DNA from: Verrucomicrobiales bacterium
GTDB lineage: Bacteria; Verrucomicrobiota; Verrucomicrobiia; Verrucomicrobiales; V1-33
Assembly: GCA_031411295.1 (NCBI GenBank)
Contig: JANOAV010000122.1
Span: 14,255-78,254, forward strand
Reading direction: 5' to 3'
DNA length: 64,000 bases
A model generated the notes under the pieces. The model was given only the letters and a program-made list of their open reading frames with translations, made no database searches and had not been told where the DNA came from. The position numbers and the translations under genes were made by a program. Shown piece by piece: positions 39,428 through 51,400 of the stretch; position 1 is the stretch's first letter, and each line of letters starts with the position of its first letter.

Positions 39428-42400
39428 TTACTTGAAGATTGGGGCAAAAGTCGTATCCACGGAACCATCTGGATTGAGGCGGACGATGCTGGTGCGGGTT
39501 TGCCCGCCGAAGGTGCTGAAAGTGCCACCACCCAAGACTTGCCCGTTGCCGACTGGCAGGATGGCCTTCACCTCGGTGCCAGAGTTGTTTCCCGTGCCGG
39601 TTTGGTAGGAGGGATCGACGGCACCCGTGGTCGTGCTGAGGCGGGCGATACCCCGATGCGCGGTGGCTGAAGCACCAAAATCACCCCCAATATAGAAGAG
39701 GTTGCTGACATCGTCTGGACGCGATAGATCCGGCCCAGCGAGATCCCGGAAGGCCAGCGCCCCAGTGGAAACGTTGGTGCTGACACTACCAGTTAGGCTG
39801 ATTTTGTGAATTTGAGTGGTCAGGGTTGGTCCGACGGCGGGATTGAACACTCCGTAGAATTGGGTGCCTGCTGCGTTGATGGACAACGCATCCGGGGTTC
39901 CTTGCGTGAAGGTGCTGACTACCGTTGCTGGAGCCAAGGTTTGGACGTTGAAGGAATACAATTTACTGCCGGCTGTAAAGTAAGCCACGTAGGCATTGCC
40001 ACAAGTGAGATCACCCACGTTGACCAAACTCACGTTGCCATTGAGATCGGCAATTTGCACCTGATTCACGATGGCGGTGCTGCTGACATCGATGCGCACG
40101 AGATCATCGGTGCCAGTGGCAATATAGTAAAGCCCGCCGCGCATGAAGGCCAAATTGCCAGGCTTGCTGGTCGGGCTGTAAGTGAAGCTGCCCTGTAGGG
40201 AACCCAGGGCAAGGTGGCTGCCACTGTCCAGGCTATAGCGACCCAGTTTGAAGTTGCTGGCCGTTTCCTCGACGTAATAAAGGTAGCCGTTGGCCTGATC
40301 CCAAGCGATGGCGGACAGTCCGGCAAAGGCGGCTGCTGCGGTGGTCAGGGTGCTGCTCGTGCCAGTTTCGGGATTCACTTGGTAAATGTTCCGGTCCGTT
40401 CCGCCGGCCACGGCGTAGTAGGCGCCAGCATAGGATGCCGCATTCAAATGAAGGTCGGAGGTATCCAGCAACGCGAGGCCCGGGGTCGTCGCGGTGCTGG
40501 TGCCGCTGATGGCTCCGGTCGTGGGGTTCAAGGTCCGAATAATGGTTCGCGCAGCATCACGCGCCACGTAGAGCGGACGACCACTGCCAGCATCAGGTCC
40601 GAAGACGATGGACTCGCAATAATCAGCAGTGCCTGCGGTGGAGGCAATCTGGGTGTAGGTGCTCATGGTCGTGAGATTGAATTTCGCCATGATGCTATTG
40701 CCTCCAGCGATCGCGCTGAAATACATCATGCCCGAGTCGTCCACCGCCAGATCCCCCACGGAAGCAAAGGCCACGGTGTTGGCGGTGAGATCCCGCACCT
40801 TGGTTTGTTCAGTGCCGATCGTCGGACTAGTGGTGATGCGGATCAGATCGTCCGTGCCCGGCTCAATGAAGTAGAGATAGCCGCCCCACCAGGATAAGTT
40901 GGTGGGTTTGACGGTCGAGTTATAATTGTTGCCCGTGGTTAGGTTGTAAACGGCAGTATGGACATTGGTGGCAATCTGCCAGCTCCCTAACGAGTAGCCC
41001 GTGGCGGTGTCCTGGAGATAGAACACGGTGTTCTGCACCGGATCATAGGCCAGCGAGGAGACGTTGAAGGCGGCGGCGTTGTCCACCACTTTGACGGTGG
41101 CTCCCGTAGTTAGGTTCAAGGTGTAAATGTCTTTGTTTCCACCCGTAACAGCATAGACCAGCCCTGCTGGCGGAGTGGGCACGGGGTTGAAATTGCGGGC
41201 GGGGAATTTGAAACCCGGGAGGTCGGTAAAGATGGGCGTGCCCCAGGGTGGAGCGGAGTTATAGCTCCATAGGGTGGTATCCGCACCAGAGGCGACGACC
41301 CGTTGCAGGGTTTTGCTGGTTCCGTTAACGGAGACGAAATCATTGTTCGTCGGACTGATGGCCAGATCCTTGCCCGTCACGGAGGCTTCCGTGCTGTGCA
41401 AGCTGGTGACGACGGCTGTGGTTGGATTAATCACCAACATTTCCCCATCCTTGGAGTCGAAGGCGTAGAGGGTGCCATTCGGATGGAACTCGAGGGCGTC
41501 AACATTGGTCCCCACATTCGTGCCGTTGGTGATATCTCCGACCGCCGACCATGCCGTTAGGTTGTTGGCTCCGTCCACAGACAGTCCGGTGATTTTGAAG
41601 AGTTTGTCCACCGCTGTATCGGTCCCGCGCTGATAAACCGCATAGAGTGAACCGTCCGCGCCCACGGCCAATCCACTGACCGCTTCAACATTAGTGGACG
41701 TGGTGATGGCGGCTCCGTTCATGCTGCTAAGCGCTTGATCCAAATCACCCACGAAGGTTGCGGTCACACTACCGGCGGTCACCGTGTTCAAATCAACCCG
41801 GAAGAGGGGGCGGCCATAGAGGACACCGTTGACGTTGGTGTCTTTGTTGCGCACAAAGTAAGCGTAGTTATCGGTTGTGACCGCAAAGGATTCGATGTCG
41901 CTATCTGCTGCCAGTGCAGTGGCGGCACCGCCACTGCCGGGGTAACGAATATCACCGTAGTTGGTCAGGGTAGGCGCGCCGTCGTAGCCGTTGATCTTGA
42001 GCAACTGCGCGTTGGTATTTTCTCCGATGGCCCAGGCGGGTGGAGCGGGAACAGAGGCGTTGGAGGCGGACGCGAAGTCCGTGAAGGTCAGCTGGGGCTG
42101 CGCATTGGCAGTCACGGAAGCGACTCCGGAACTAAGATTCAACGAATCGATCACGAAGGCGTTGCCACCGGTGCCGTAAAGCTTTCCCGTCAGGAAGCCT
42201 AACGATGGATAGGCGCTGGTCGTGGTGCCGATGGTGGCGAAACCAGTGGCATCGCGCAGGTTGTATTTGTAGAAGGTGTTGACGCCGGCGTTGGTGCTGA
42301 CCCAGTAGAGCACGCCTGAATCATCCAGCGCCAAGTCACCGACAGTATTGAAGGTGGTGCCCAGGCTGATGGTGGATTGACCAGTGATGATGGTAGCCCC

Positions 42401-45400
42401 GGCATCGAGTTGACTCTTCACGATGTTGCTCGTGCCAGGTTGGATGTAGTAGAGGGCACTGTTGTAATAAACCAAGTTCCCAGGATACGCGGTGGCGGTA
42501 GTTGCGATGGTTTTGATATTTCCCAACGTGGCTGAGTGCGTGCTGGTGCCGACGGTATATTTACCAACGTTCCAGGTCGCATTCGCTCCATCTTCCAGAT
42601 AGAAAATATTTCCACTCACACCGTCATAGGCAATAGCGCCGAGATTGTAGGGTGCCGAACTGTTCAGCAGGGCACTAATGCCAGTGGTAGGCTCGAGTCG
42701 ATAGAGATTCTTATTTCCCCCAGTGATGGCAAAGAAATTAGCCGAAGGAGCTGGCAGCGCTGGCTGATTGGGCGTGGAGGTGGCCAAGTCAAGAATTTGG
42801 TTGGCTGGATTGACATTGCCGACCAAAGTGCGAGCCCCTGTAGTAACGTTCAAGGTGTAAAGCTTCTGACTCACTACGGGATCGAATGGAATCCCGTTGA
42901 GTTTACTGCTGTCATAAGTTAGCGCGTAGTAGCGTGGATTCATGGCACTGCTATCGATGATGGTATAACCACCGAACGTGCGCATATCGAAGCGAGCCAA
43001 CACGTTGGCATCTTCATAGGAAATGTAGGCTTGGCCGAGGTCGTCAATCGTGAAGGCCCCAACCGTCGAACCAACGGTGGCGTTGCCGGCCACGTCCGCC
43101 ACGCGAACTTGATCCGCGATGACATAGGGACTGGTGAAAGTGATCTTGAAGAGATCGTCGGTGCCTGTGGCAATGTAATAAAGGGCTCCATTGAAGTGAG
43201 TTAGGTTATGGGCCCGCGTGCCCGTTGGTCGATGGGTGCCGATGAGTTTTAGATCCGTCTGGAAGAGCGCATCGCGCACGGCGCTGTGGGTATCGGTGCG
43301 GAGATCGTAAGCGTAGAGGCGCTGTGGATTGTCCGTGGTTACGGTGTAGTAAACCAGCGCGTTGGTCTGGTCGAAGGCGACCGCCTCCACATCACCCTTG
43401 GCTTGCCAAGTTAGGAAATAGGCGCGGGCAGTCGAGAGATCCGTCCGCAGAATGGCCGGGGTATTGGTGATGCTGGTAAAGGCATAGCCACTGCCCGGCA
43501 AGTAAGGGCCGGAGGTTGAGGATATGTCGGTAAAGGCAATTTTCGGCAACACTGGGGCGACAAAGGTCGGAGCACCAGTGGTGATGTCGAGGGAGAACGT
43601 TTTGTAAGGATCATCACCGCGCACCCCATAGAGGGAGCCCGAGGAATTGAACACAAGGCTGGACCAAGGGATGTTGGGATTGTTCGAGATCAGAGTATAA
43701 CCACCCATGATCGTGAGATCGTAGCGGGCCAGCTTGGCCGTCGAGGCGAAATAGAGCATGCCATTGCTGTCGATCGTGGCTGCAGTGACGGCTCCCTGCG
43801 AGGCGTCGTTATTGAGATCGGCCACTTTGTGAAGGCTGTCGATCCCGATGGGGGTGAGGTCAATTTTGATCAAATCATCGGTATTGGGCGCGATGGTGTA
43901 GAGACCACCGTTGGCGATAAAGAGATTTTCCGGCTGCGCAGTGATCGGCGTGTGATTGGTGCCGCCGGGTGCGGTGAGATTGAAATTGTAAATCGTGTGA
44001 ACATTGCCCGTGAGATCATAGCGGCCGACGCGCCAGTTGCTGGCGGCGGCTTCCACATAGTAAAGTTTGTTGGTTGCGCTATCGAAGCCCAGAGACTGAA
44101 CATTGAACGGAGCGCTCGTGATGGCCATGTTAGAGCCCGTGGCGGGATCAATCCGGTAAATGGTGGAGGTGCCATCGGCTGCGAAATAGCCAGTAACCGC
44201 AGGCGGTGGCGTGACCGCTAACCCAACAAAGCTAAGGGCGGATGGGGTGCTGAGGCCCCAGAGGTTGAAGTAATTGAAGTAAGCAGTGTCATTCGCGTTG
44301 CCAGTGACGACTTTGGTGATCGTGGAGTTATTCAACGCAGTGACGAGGTCGGTGTCGGAGAGATGGACGGCCAGCGGACCCGCGGAAGCTTCGGTGCTGT
44401 GCATGGCCACGGTGAGGGATCCGGTGGTGGCATTGACTTTATAAACGCCGAGGTCATCCGTATCACTGACATAAGCCTGCCCCGTGCTGTCGATGGCCAG
44501 ACCGCGGGCATTCCCGGCGTTCGTGGCACCATTTTGCAAGGTTCCGACCAAGCCCACCGCGAGGTTGCCTGCGCTCGAAGGAGTCAGACTGATGATTCGG
44601 CATAAGGCATCGGCGGTGGCGCCATTGCCAATCCGCACCACCAAGCGCAGGCTCCCGTCCGCGCCTGGGGCCAGGCCGGAGACCACTTCATTGGAGGTGA
44701 GCGGAGTCACTCCGATGGCCGTGCGCAGGCCGGGACCGAGGTCGCCCACCAAGGATGCCACCACGGGACCAGAACTTGGCAGGCTGTTCAGGTTGAGGGT
44801 AAACAACGGCCGTTCGTAAGTCACCCCGGCAATGACCGTGGCCGCACTATTTACGAAGTAGAGTCGGTTGGAAGCATCCACCGTCATGGCGCCAAGAACT
44901 GACGCAGCATTGGTGAAGAGCGTGGTGGCAGCACCATCCCGATAAGCCAGGGCTCCGAAGTCGGTGCTAGCAACGTTGCCGCCATTATTTTTATAGTTAC
45001 GGAAACGCAGCAGATGTGGATCTGGGGCTGCGGAGTATCCGGCAATGGCCCAGAGATCGTCGCTGGCAGCGGGAGGAGTGTTAGCCGAGGGGCCAGCGAA
45101 GTCGGTGAAGGCCAGCGCAGGGGAGGAGTTCACAGAGGAGATGAGGGAGGCGTTGCCTTGGCTCAACTGGTCAACTTGGAGGGAGCCAGCGGCATAAAGA
45201 TTACTTTGATAAAGGCCTAAAGCCGGCTCGGCTCGGGGCAGGGTGCCCACGACGCCAAAGCCAGTGCTCCCAACGATGTCGTAACGATAAAGCGATGGGG
45301 TTCCTACCGCAGGGGTGTTCGTGAAGAGCAACATCCCAGCATCCGTGGCGGAAATATCGCCAGGGTCCGCAAAGGTGACTGCTCCACCAGTTAGGCTGGC

Positions 45401-48400
45401 GACCTGGGAAATCCCGGTGATGGAAACTCCGCTGGCATCCAACTGCACCTTGAGAAGATCATCGCGCCCCGGCACCACAAAGTAGAGGGCTCCATTATAG
45501 TAAGCGAGATTCTTGGGAACCATGCTCGGGCTGAAGCCATTGGTGACGGATTTGATGTCGCCCACGCTGGAATGCAAGCCAGTGGTCACGTCGAAGCGCC
45601 CCAGGTTCCACGCACCGTTACTGAGGAGCGTGTCTTGGAGATAGTAGAGGTAATTGCGGGTAGCATCGTAAGCTAATGCGCCAAGGTTGTAAGGCGCTGA
45701 ACCGTTTAAGAGGACATTGACTCCGGTGGTGGGATCGAGGCGATAAATGTTCGGGCTACCGTTAGTGGTGGCGAAGAAGGTAGTCGTCATCGGGGCAGCC
45801 GCACTTTGCCCACTGGCGAAATCAATGAAGGAAATGTTCGGCTGAGCTGTTGCCACTAGGGTGCTGGCGGCCGTGGTGGGATTGAGGGATTCAATGATGG
45901 CTCCGTTAGCCCCCGTGCCATACAACGTGCCACCGAGGAAGCCCAAGCCAGGATAATTTCTGGGAGCCACGCCCATGGCGGTCAAACCGGAACCAGTCTG
46001 CAGGTTGTAGCGATAGAGGGTAGGGATACTTGCGGAGGTGTTGACAAAATACAGCAGACCACTGTCGTTGAGCGCCAAGTCACCGATGGAAACGAAATTC
46101 GTGCCCAAGCTGATGGCGGTTTGTTCGATGACGGTATCCAAGGCGCTATTAAGCTGCACTTTCACCAAATTACTCGTGCCGGGATGGATGTAGTAAAGTG
46201 CCTGATTATAGTAAACCAAGTTTCCAGGGAAGTTGGAGGGACGCGTGCTCCCAACTTGCTTGAGGTCACCCAACGTGGCGGTGTGGATGTCCGCAGTGAG
46301 GTTATAGCGACCTACGCGCCAGGTGGCACTGGCGCTTTCTTCCAAGTAGAAAAGAGAATTGCTCACCGCATCGTAAGCCAGCGCACCCAGATTGTAAGGG
46401 GCTGCGCGATTAATAATTTTATGGACTCCCGTAACGGGATTCAATTGATAAATATTGGTGCCACCGTTGATGGCGTAGAACAAGCTGGTGGCGGTGGGAA
46501 GTGCGGGCGCATTTTCCTCTCCCGCATAGTCCACGAAGCCCTTGGGCGGATTTGTGGCGACGTTTGTGGTCTCCGTTCCGGCCGCATCCAGTTGGTAAAT
46601 CTTGGTGTCCACCCCCTGCCGGTCAGCATAGATGGTGTTCCAGAGGTCGCGCTGCAAGCCGGGGTAATAAGCTTCCAACCCAGGGGAAGCAGTCGTTGTG
46701 GTGCGTTTTGCGGTGTAACCGGACAGCGTGGTAAGATTGAAGGTCGCCAACTCATTTTCGGATGCGATCCAGAGGAGTCCGGTGGAGGTCGTGGTGATGT
46801 CCCCGATGTATCCAAGGTTGCTGGCTCCATTCGTCAAATCCGCCACCTGGTTTTGATTAGCGATGGCATTACCCAGCAGATCAATGCGGACCAAGTCATC
46901 GGTGTTACTATGAATGTAGTAAAGGTTTCCGTCGAAGAAACTGAGATTGCTGGGGCGCGCGGTTGGGTTGTAGTTCCAAGTGCCCGCCACGCTGGGTTCA
47001 TCGAGATTCCCCAGAATCGTATGGGTATTGGTCGCCAGATCATACTTGGCGAGACGCCAGTTCGGGGTGGCGTTTTCGGTGTAGTAGATGACTTGTGACG
47101 CCGCATCGTAGGCCAGAGCATTGAGGTTGAAAGCAGCGGCAGTGGTCAGCGCAGTGACCGTTCCGGTCGTGGGGCTGACGCGGAAAATGTTGGGACCACC
47201 ATCCGTCGCGAATTGAGAGCCGCTGGTGATCGGAGCATCACTATAGGGGGACGTAAAGTCACTGATCGCCAAGCCCACCCCGCCATTGTAGCTGCCATCC
47301 CACAAGTAGGTGGTGGCTCCGTTGAAGGGATTGACGCGATAGCCCTTGGTATTGATGTGTTGCAGTGCACCAATCATTTGACCTGATGCACCAAATGTCA
47401 GGGCCGCATAATCCGCCCCTTCATCGCTCCCTTTGGAGGTCTTCAAAATTTGCGGTCCGGTCAGCAATTGGAGATTGATGCGGGCCAGGTAATCAGTATC
47501 CCGGGTGGAGAGGTAAGCGGAGGAATCCGGTGCGATGGCCAACGTATCCCAATCCTGAGCGGCAACTCCAATATCCCAGACCTTACTGGCCGCAGTGATG
47601 CTGCTGGCACCTACGGTCACTTTCACCAAATCATCGGTGTTCTTGGCTACGTAGTAGAGGAATCCATTCTGATAAGCCAAATTGTGCGCAGCGGCAGTTG
47701 GCGTGTAGGCCAGTCCACCCGCTTTCAGGCTACCGAGCAGCGTGTTGCTGCCGGTGCTCAGGTTGAAGACAGATAACTGAATATCACCAGTGCTGGCAAG
47801 ATCATCTCCAGCGGTGTAGAGCAACCCATTCACGTGGTCCATGGCGATGGCGCTTGGGGTTAGCGGGACTTGCGAAGTGACGAGGGCTTCTTTGCCCGTG
47901 GCCAGATCCAGACGATAAATGGAGGTGCCGGCGGCACTGATGAAATAGGTCAATCCCGTGGTGTCGATGGCAACATTTGGCTGCGGAGCGGCAAAGTCAA
48001 AGAAGCTCACGGAGGGGGTAAAGCTGGCGACGAAGGTTCCGGCACCCGTCGTTTTGCTCACTTCATAAAGTTTCCCCGGTTCCGCATTACTCACCCCGAG
48101 CAGTTTTCCGGCTGCGGTGGTCACCAACCCGGTCCAGTAGGTCGCAGGAGCGGCAGTCTTGATGCTGAAGGAAGACTGGGTTTGATAGTTCCATGTAGCG
48201 AAGGCGTTGCTGGCGGAGATGAACATCGTGCCAGACGTGTCCGTGGCGATATCTCCCACATTCGTCAATGCCACATTGTTGTTCAGATCGGCCACCTTCG
48301 ACTGCGTTTTGACGGTGGGAGTGCCGCTGTCGGCAAATTCGATGGCGATAAGGTCGTCCGTGCCCTCCGCAATGTAATACAAACGACCATTCAGGAACAT

Positions 48401-51400
48401 CAGGTTGCGGGGCTGGCTGGAGGCTTGGTAAGCATAGACCGAATCATTCAGCGTAGCGCGGATCGCATGGGTATTGGTGGCGGGCACGTATTCGCCCAAA
48501 CGCCAGTTGCTGGAGGCCTGCTCGATGTAGTAAATGCGCGTCTCATCGGTATTTACCGCCACGCTCTCGAGCGGGAAGGGCGCGTTACTAACCCAGTCAA
48601 TGTTGTTGCCGTTGCCGCCGTCGAATTTGTAGATGCTGGTGTTGTTACCGCCGACGGCATATAGGTTCGGAACCACGCCGATGAGGGTGATGGCGTCTGA
48701 CAAATCGACGATGGGGTTGGCTTCGGTGCTATTGGACACGAAAGTGAGTGCCCCCGTGGTCTTGTTGACGCTGGAGAATTTCTTCCCGAGATCCCCCACC
48801 ACACTAGCGGGGCGGGTGGCATACATGGCCTGATCGGATGACCGAATTGCCAAACCTTGGTAAGTGCGGGGAGCCGCAGTGCTTACGGTGGAGAAGGCAC
48901 TGCCGTCCGGCATCATGAATTTGCCATAGAAGTCCGACGTCGTTTCCCCGAAGTAAGCCAACCCGAGGTTATTGACCGTCAGGCCACCAATCTGCCAAGT
49001 GCTCACATTGTTGCTCAGGTCCTTGATTTTAACCTGAGAGGAAATGGTATTACCGCTGACAGTAATCTTCACGAGATCATCCGTGCCATCAGCGATGTAG
49101 TAAAGGCCATCTTGGAAGTAAACCAGGTTCTGCGCACGAGTGCCAGGGGTGTAGGCATAGGTGGCCGCTGCCCGCAGGTCTCCCATGAGGAAGTGCTGGC
49201 CGCTGGAGACCACATAGCGGGCCAGCTTGAATTCTCCCGCCGCGGCTCCACCCGTATAATAAATGATCTGGGTGGAGGCATCGTAAGCCACGGCATAGGG
49301 CTGGAATTTGGCGATATCGGTGAGGGACGTCACTTCCCCGGTATCAGGGTTAGCCCGGAAGAGGCTGAGTTTAGTATCTGCCACTGCGATCAGATCACCT
49401 GGTGCGGTGGGATCAGGGAGCGCTGGAGGGGCCGTGCCTGCGATATCATGGAAGACGCGGTTAGAGGTGTAAGTGGCCGTGATGGCGCCAGCTCCCGTGA
49501 GTGGATCCACCACTTTACTCTTGGTGTTCTGAGCCGTGTCTACCCCGTAGAGTAGGCTGTTCGCGGCATACACCAAGGCCTGCCAATTGCTGGGCGGGCT
49601 GTTGGAAATGACGGCGTAATTGCTCTTGGTCAGCAAATTGTATTTCGCAAACATCGTGGAGGACGCGAAATACAACGTGCCGTCTGGGGCTACCGTGGCG
49701 GCATTAACCGCGCCCTGACTCACGCCACCGTTAAGCTTGGCGAACGGTCCCACCATGGCGATGGCGTTGCCATCAATTTCCACGCGTCGAAGATTGTCCG
49801 TGTTGTTATCGATGAAGAGCAACTGTCCGCCAAAGAAAATCAGGTGATTGGGTTGGGACGTGGCTGGAGTCCAGCCAGCGGCCACATTTCCCAAATGATT
49901 TGTCAGGGTGGTATGCACCCCGGTCGTTGGATTATAACGACCCACGCGCCAGTTGCTGGTAGCCTTTTCCACATAGTAAACCAAGTTATTCACCTTATCA
50001 TAGGCGACGGCGCCAGGCACGAACGGACATGAGATCGGTTCCCGGGTGTAACGACCGGTATCTGGATCGAGCTTGTAGATCCGCTGCGAGCCATTGGAGA
50101 CCGCATAGTAAAGGCCTGCTGGGGATGGAGGAGGAACGGTGGACCCTGCCGCAAAATCGGTAAAGGTGAGATTGGGTTGGCTAGTTGATACCTGGACGGG
50201 AGTTCCGGGCGCGATTTCGGTATCGATGGAATCGTTGGCAGCCCCATTGCCGCCAGCGCCGTAGAGCACATCATTGAGCACGCCCAAGGCCGGGTAGGCG
50301 CGGCTCGCGGTTCCCAGATTCGTGAGGAAGCTGTCGTTCACCAATTCAAACTGCCAGAGCGTATGGGTGGAGCCGTTCGTATTCACCCAGTAGAGCACCC
50401 CGGAATTATCTAAAGCCAAGTCCCCAATGGTGTTCATCGTTGTGCCGAGCGCGCGATTTACTTGGGTCGAGACCGCCGTCGCCCCAGCATTAAGGCCGAC
50501 TTGGACCAGATTTTGCGAGGATGCATGGATGTAATAAAGGGAGTTATTATAAAAGACCAAATTGCCCGGATAGCTACTCGGCCGGTTGGCCCCAATGAGC
50601 TTCAGATCACCCAGGGAGGCTGTATGCGTATTCGTGGCCACAAGATACTTTCCCACCCGCCAAGTGCTGCTGCCACCATCTTCCAGATAGTAAACTGCAC
50701 CTGCCGCAGCATCGTAAGCAATGGCTCCGAGGTTGAAGGGCGCGCTATTGTTGATCATTTGGTGCAGGCCAGTCACGGGGTCCAAGCGGTAAATGTTCTT
50801 GTTTCCGCCAGTCACAGCAAAGAAGTTCGCACTGGGGCTGGGCAGGACGATGGGCGCTACCACCCCGGAAGTGTCATTGAAGACGGTGGAAGGGAAGGAA
50901 GGGACGCTGGTAGCTTCGGCCCCAGCAGCATTCAGTTTGTAGATGGTGGCATCACCCGATCGGTTGACGTAGAGCGTATCGTTGGGCAGGCGGGTAATGG
51001 CGGCATAGAAGGGAGTGGCTGGCGTGCTGGCGAGCGCGCGCACTACAGTATAGCCGCTGAGGGTGGCGAGGTTGAACGTGGCCAGCACGCTTTCCCCCGC
51101 AATCCACAGCCGTCCATCGGCACTCGTGCTGAGGTCGCCCATGATGCCAAAGTTGGCCGTGCCATTGGTGATATCGGCAATTTTCTCCTGGTTCGAAACG
51201 ACGCCACCGCTGAGATCAATCCGCACCAAATCATCCGTGCCATTGGCCACATAATAGAGATTCCCTGCGAAGTAGGTCATCCCAGTGAGGCGGCCGGAGG
51301 GAGTGTAATTCCAGGTGCCGGATGAAGGGGTGGCCAGACTGCCTAGCAACGTATGCGAGTCGGTGGCGAGACTGTATTTTCCCAGGCGAAAGTTGGTCGA

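Noticed and set aside
40214-51325. Many 60-325 aa plus-strand ORFs (for example 46121-47098, 50462-51325, 47870-48664, 48857-49555)
   Set aside because: All are antisense or out of frame within the single 14.6-kb minus-strand ORF. They show Gly/Arg/Val-rich shadow-frame composition.
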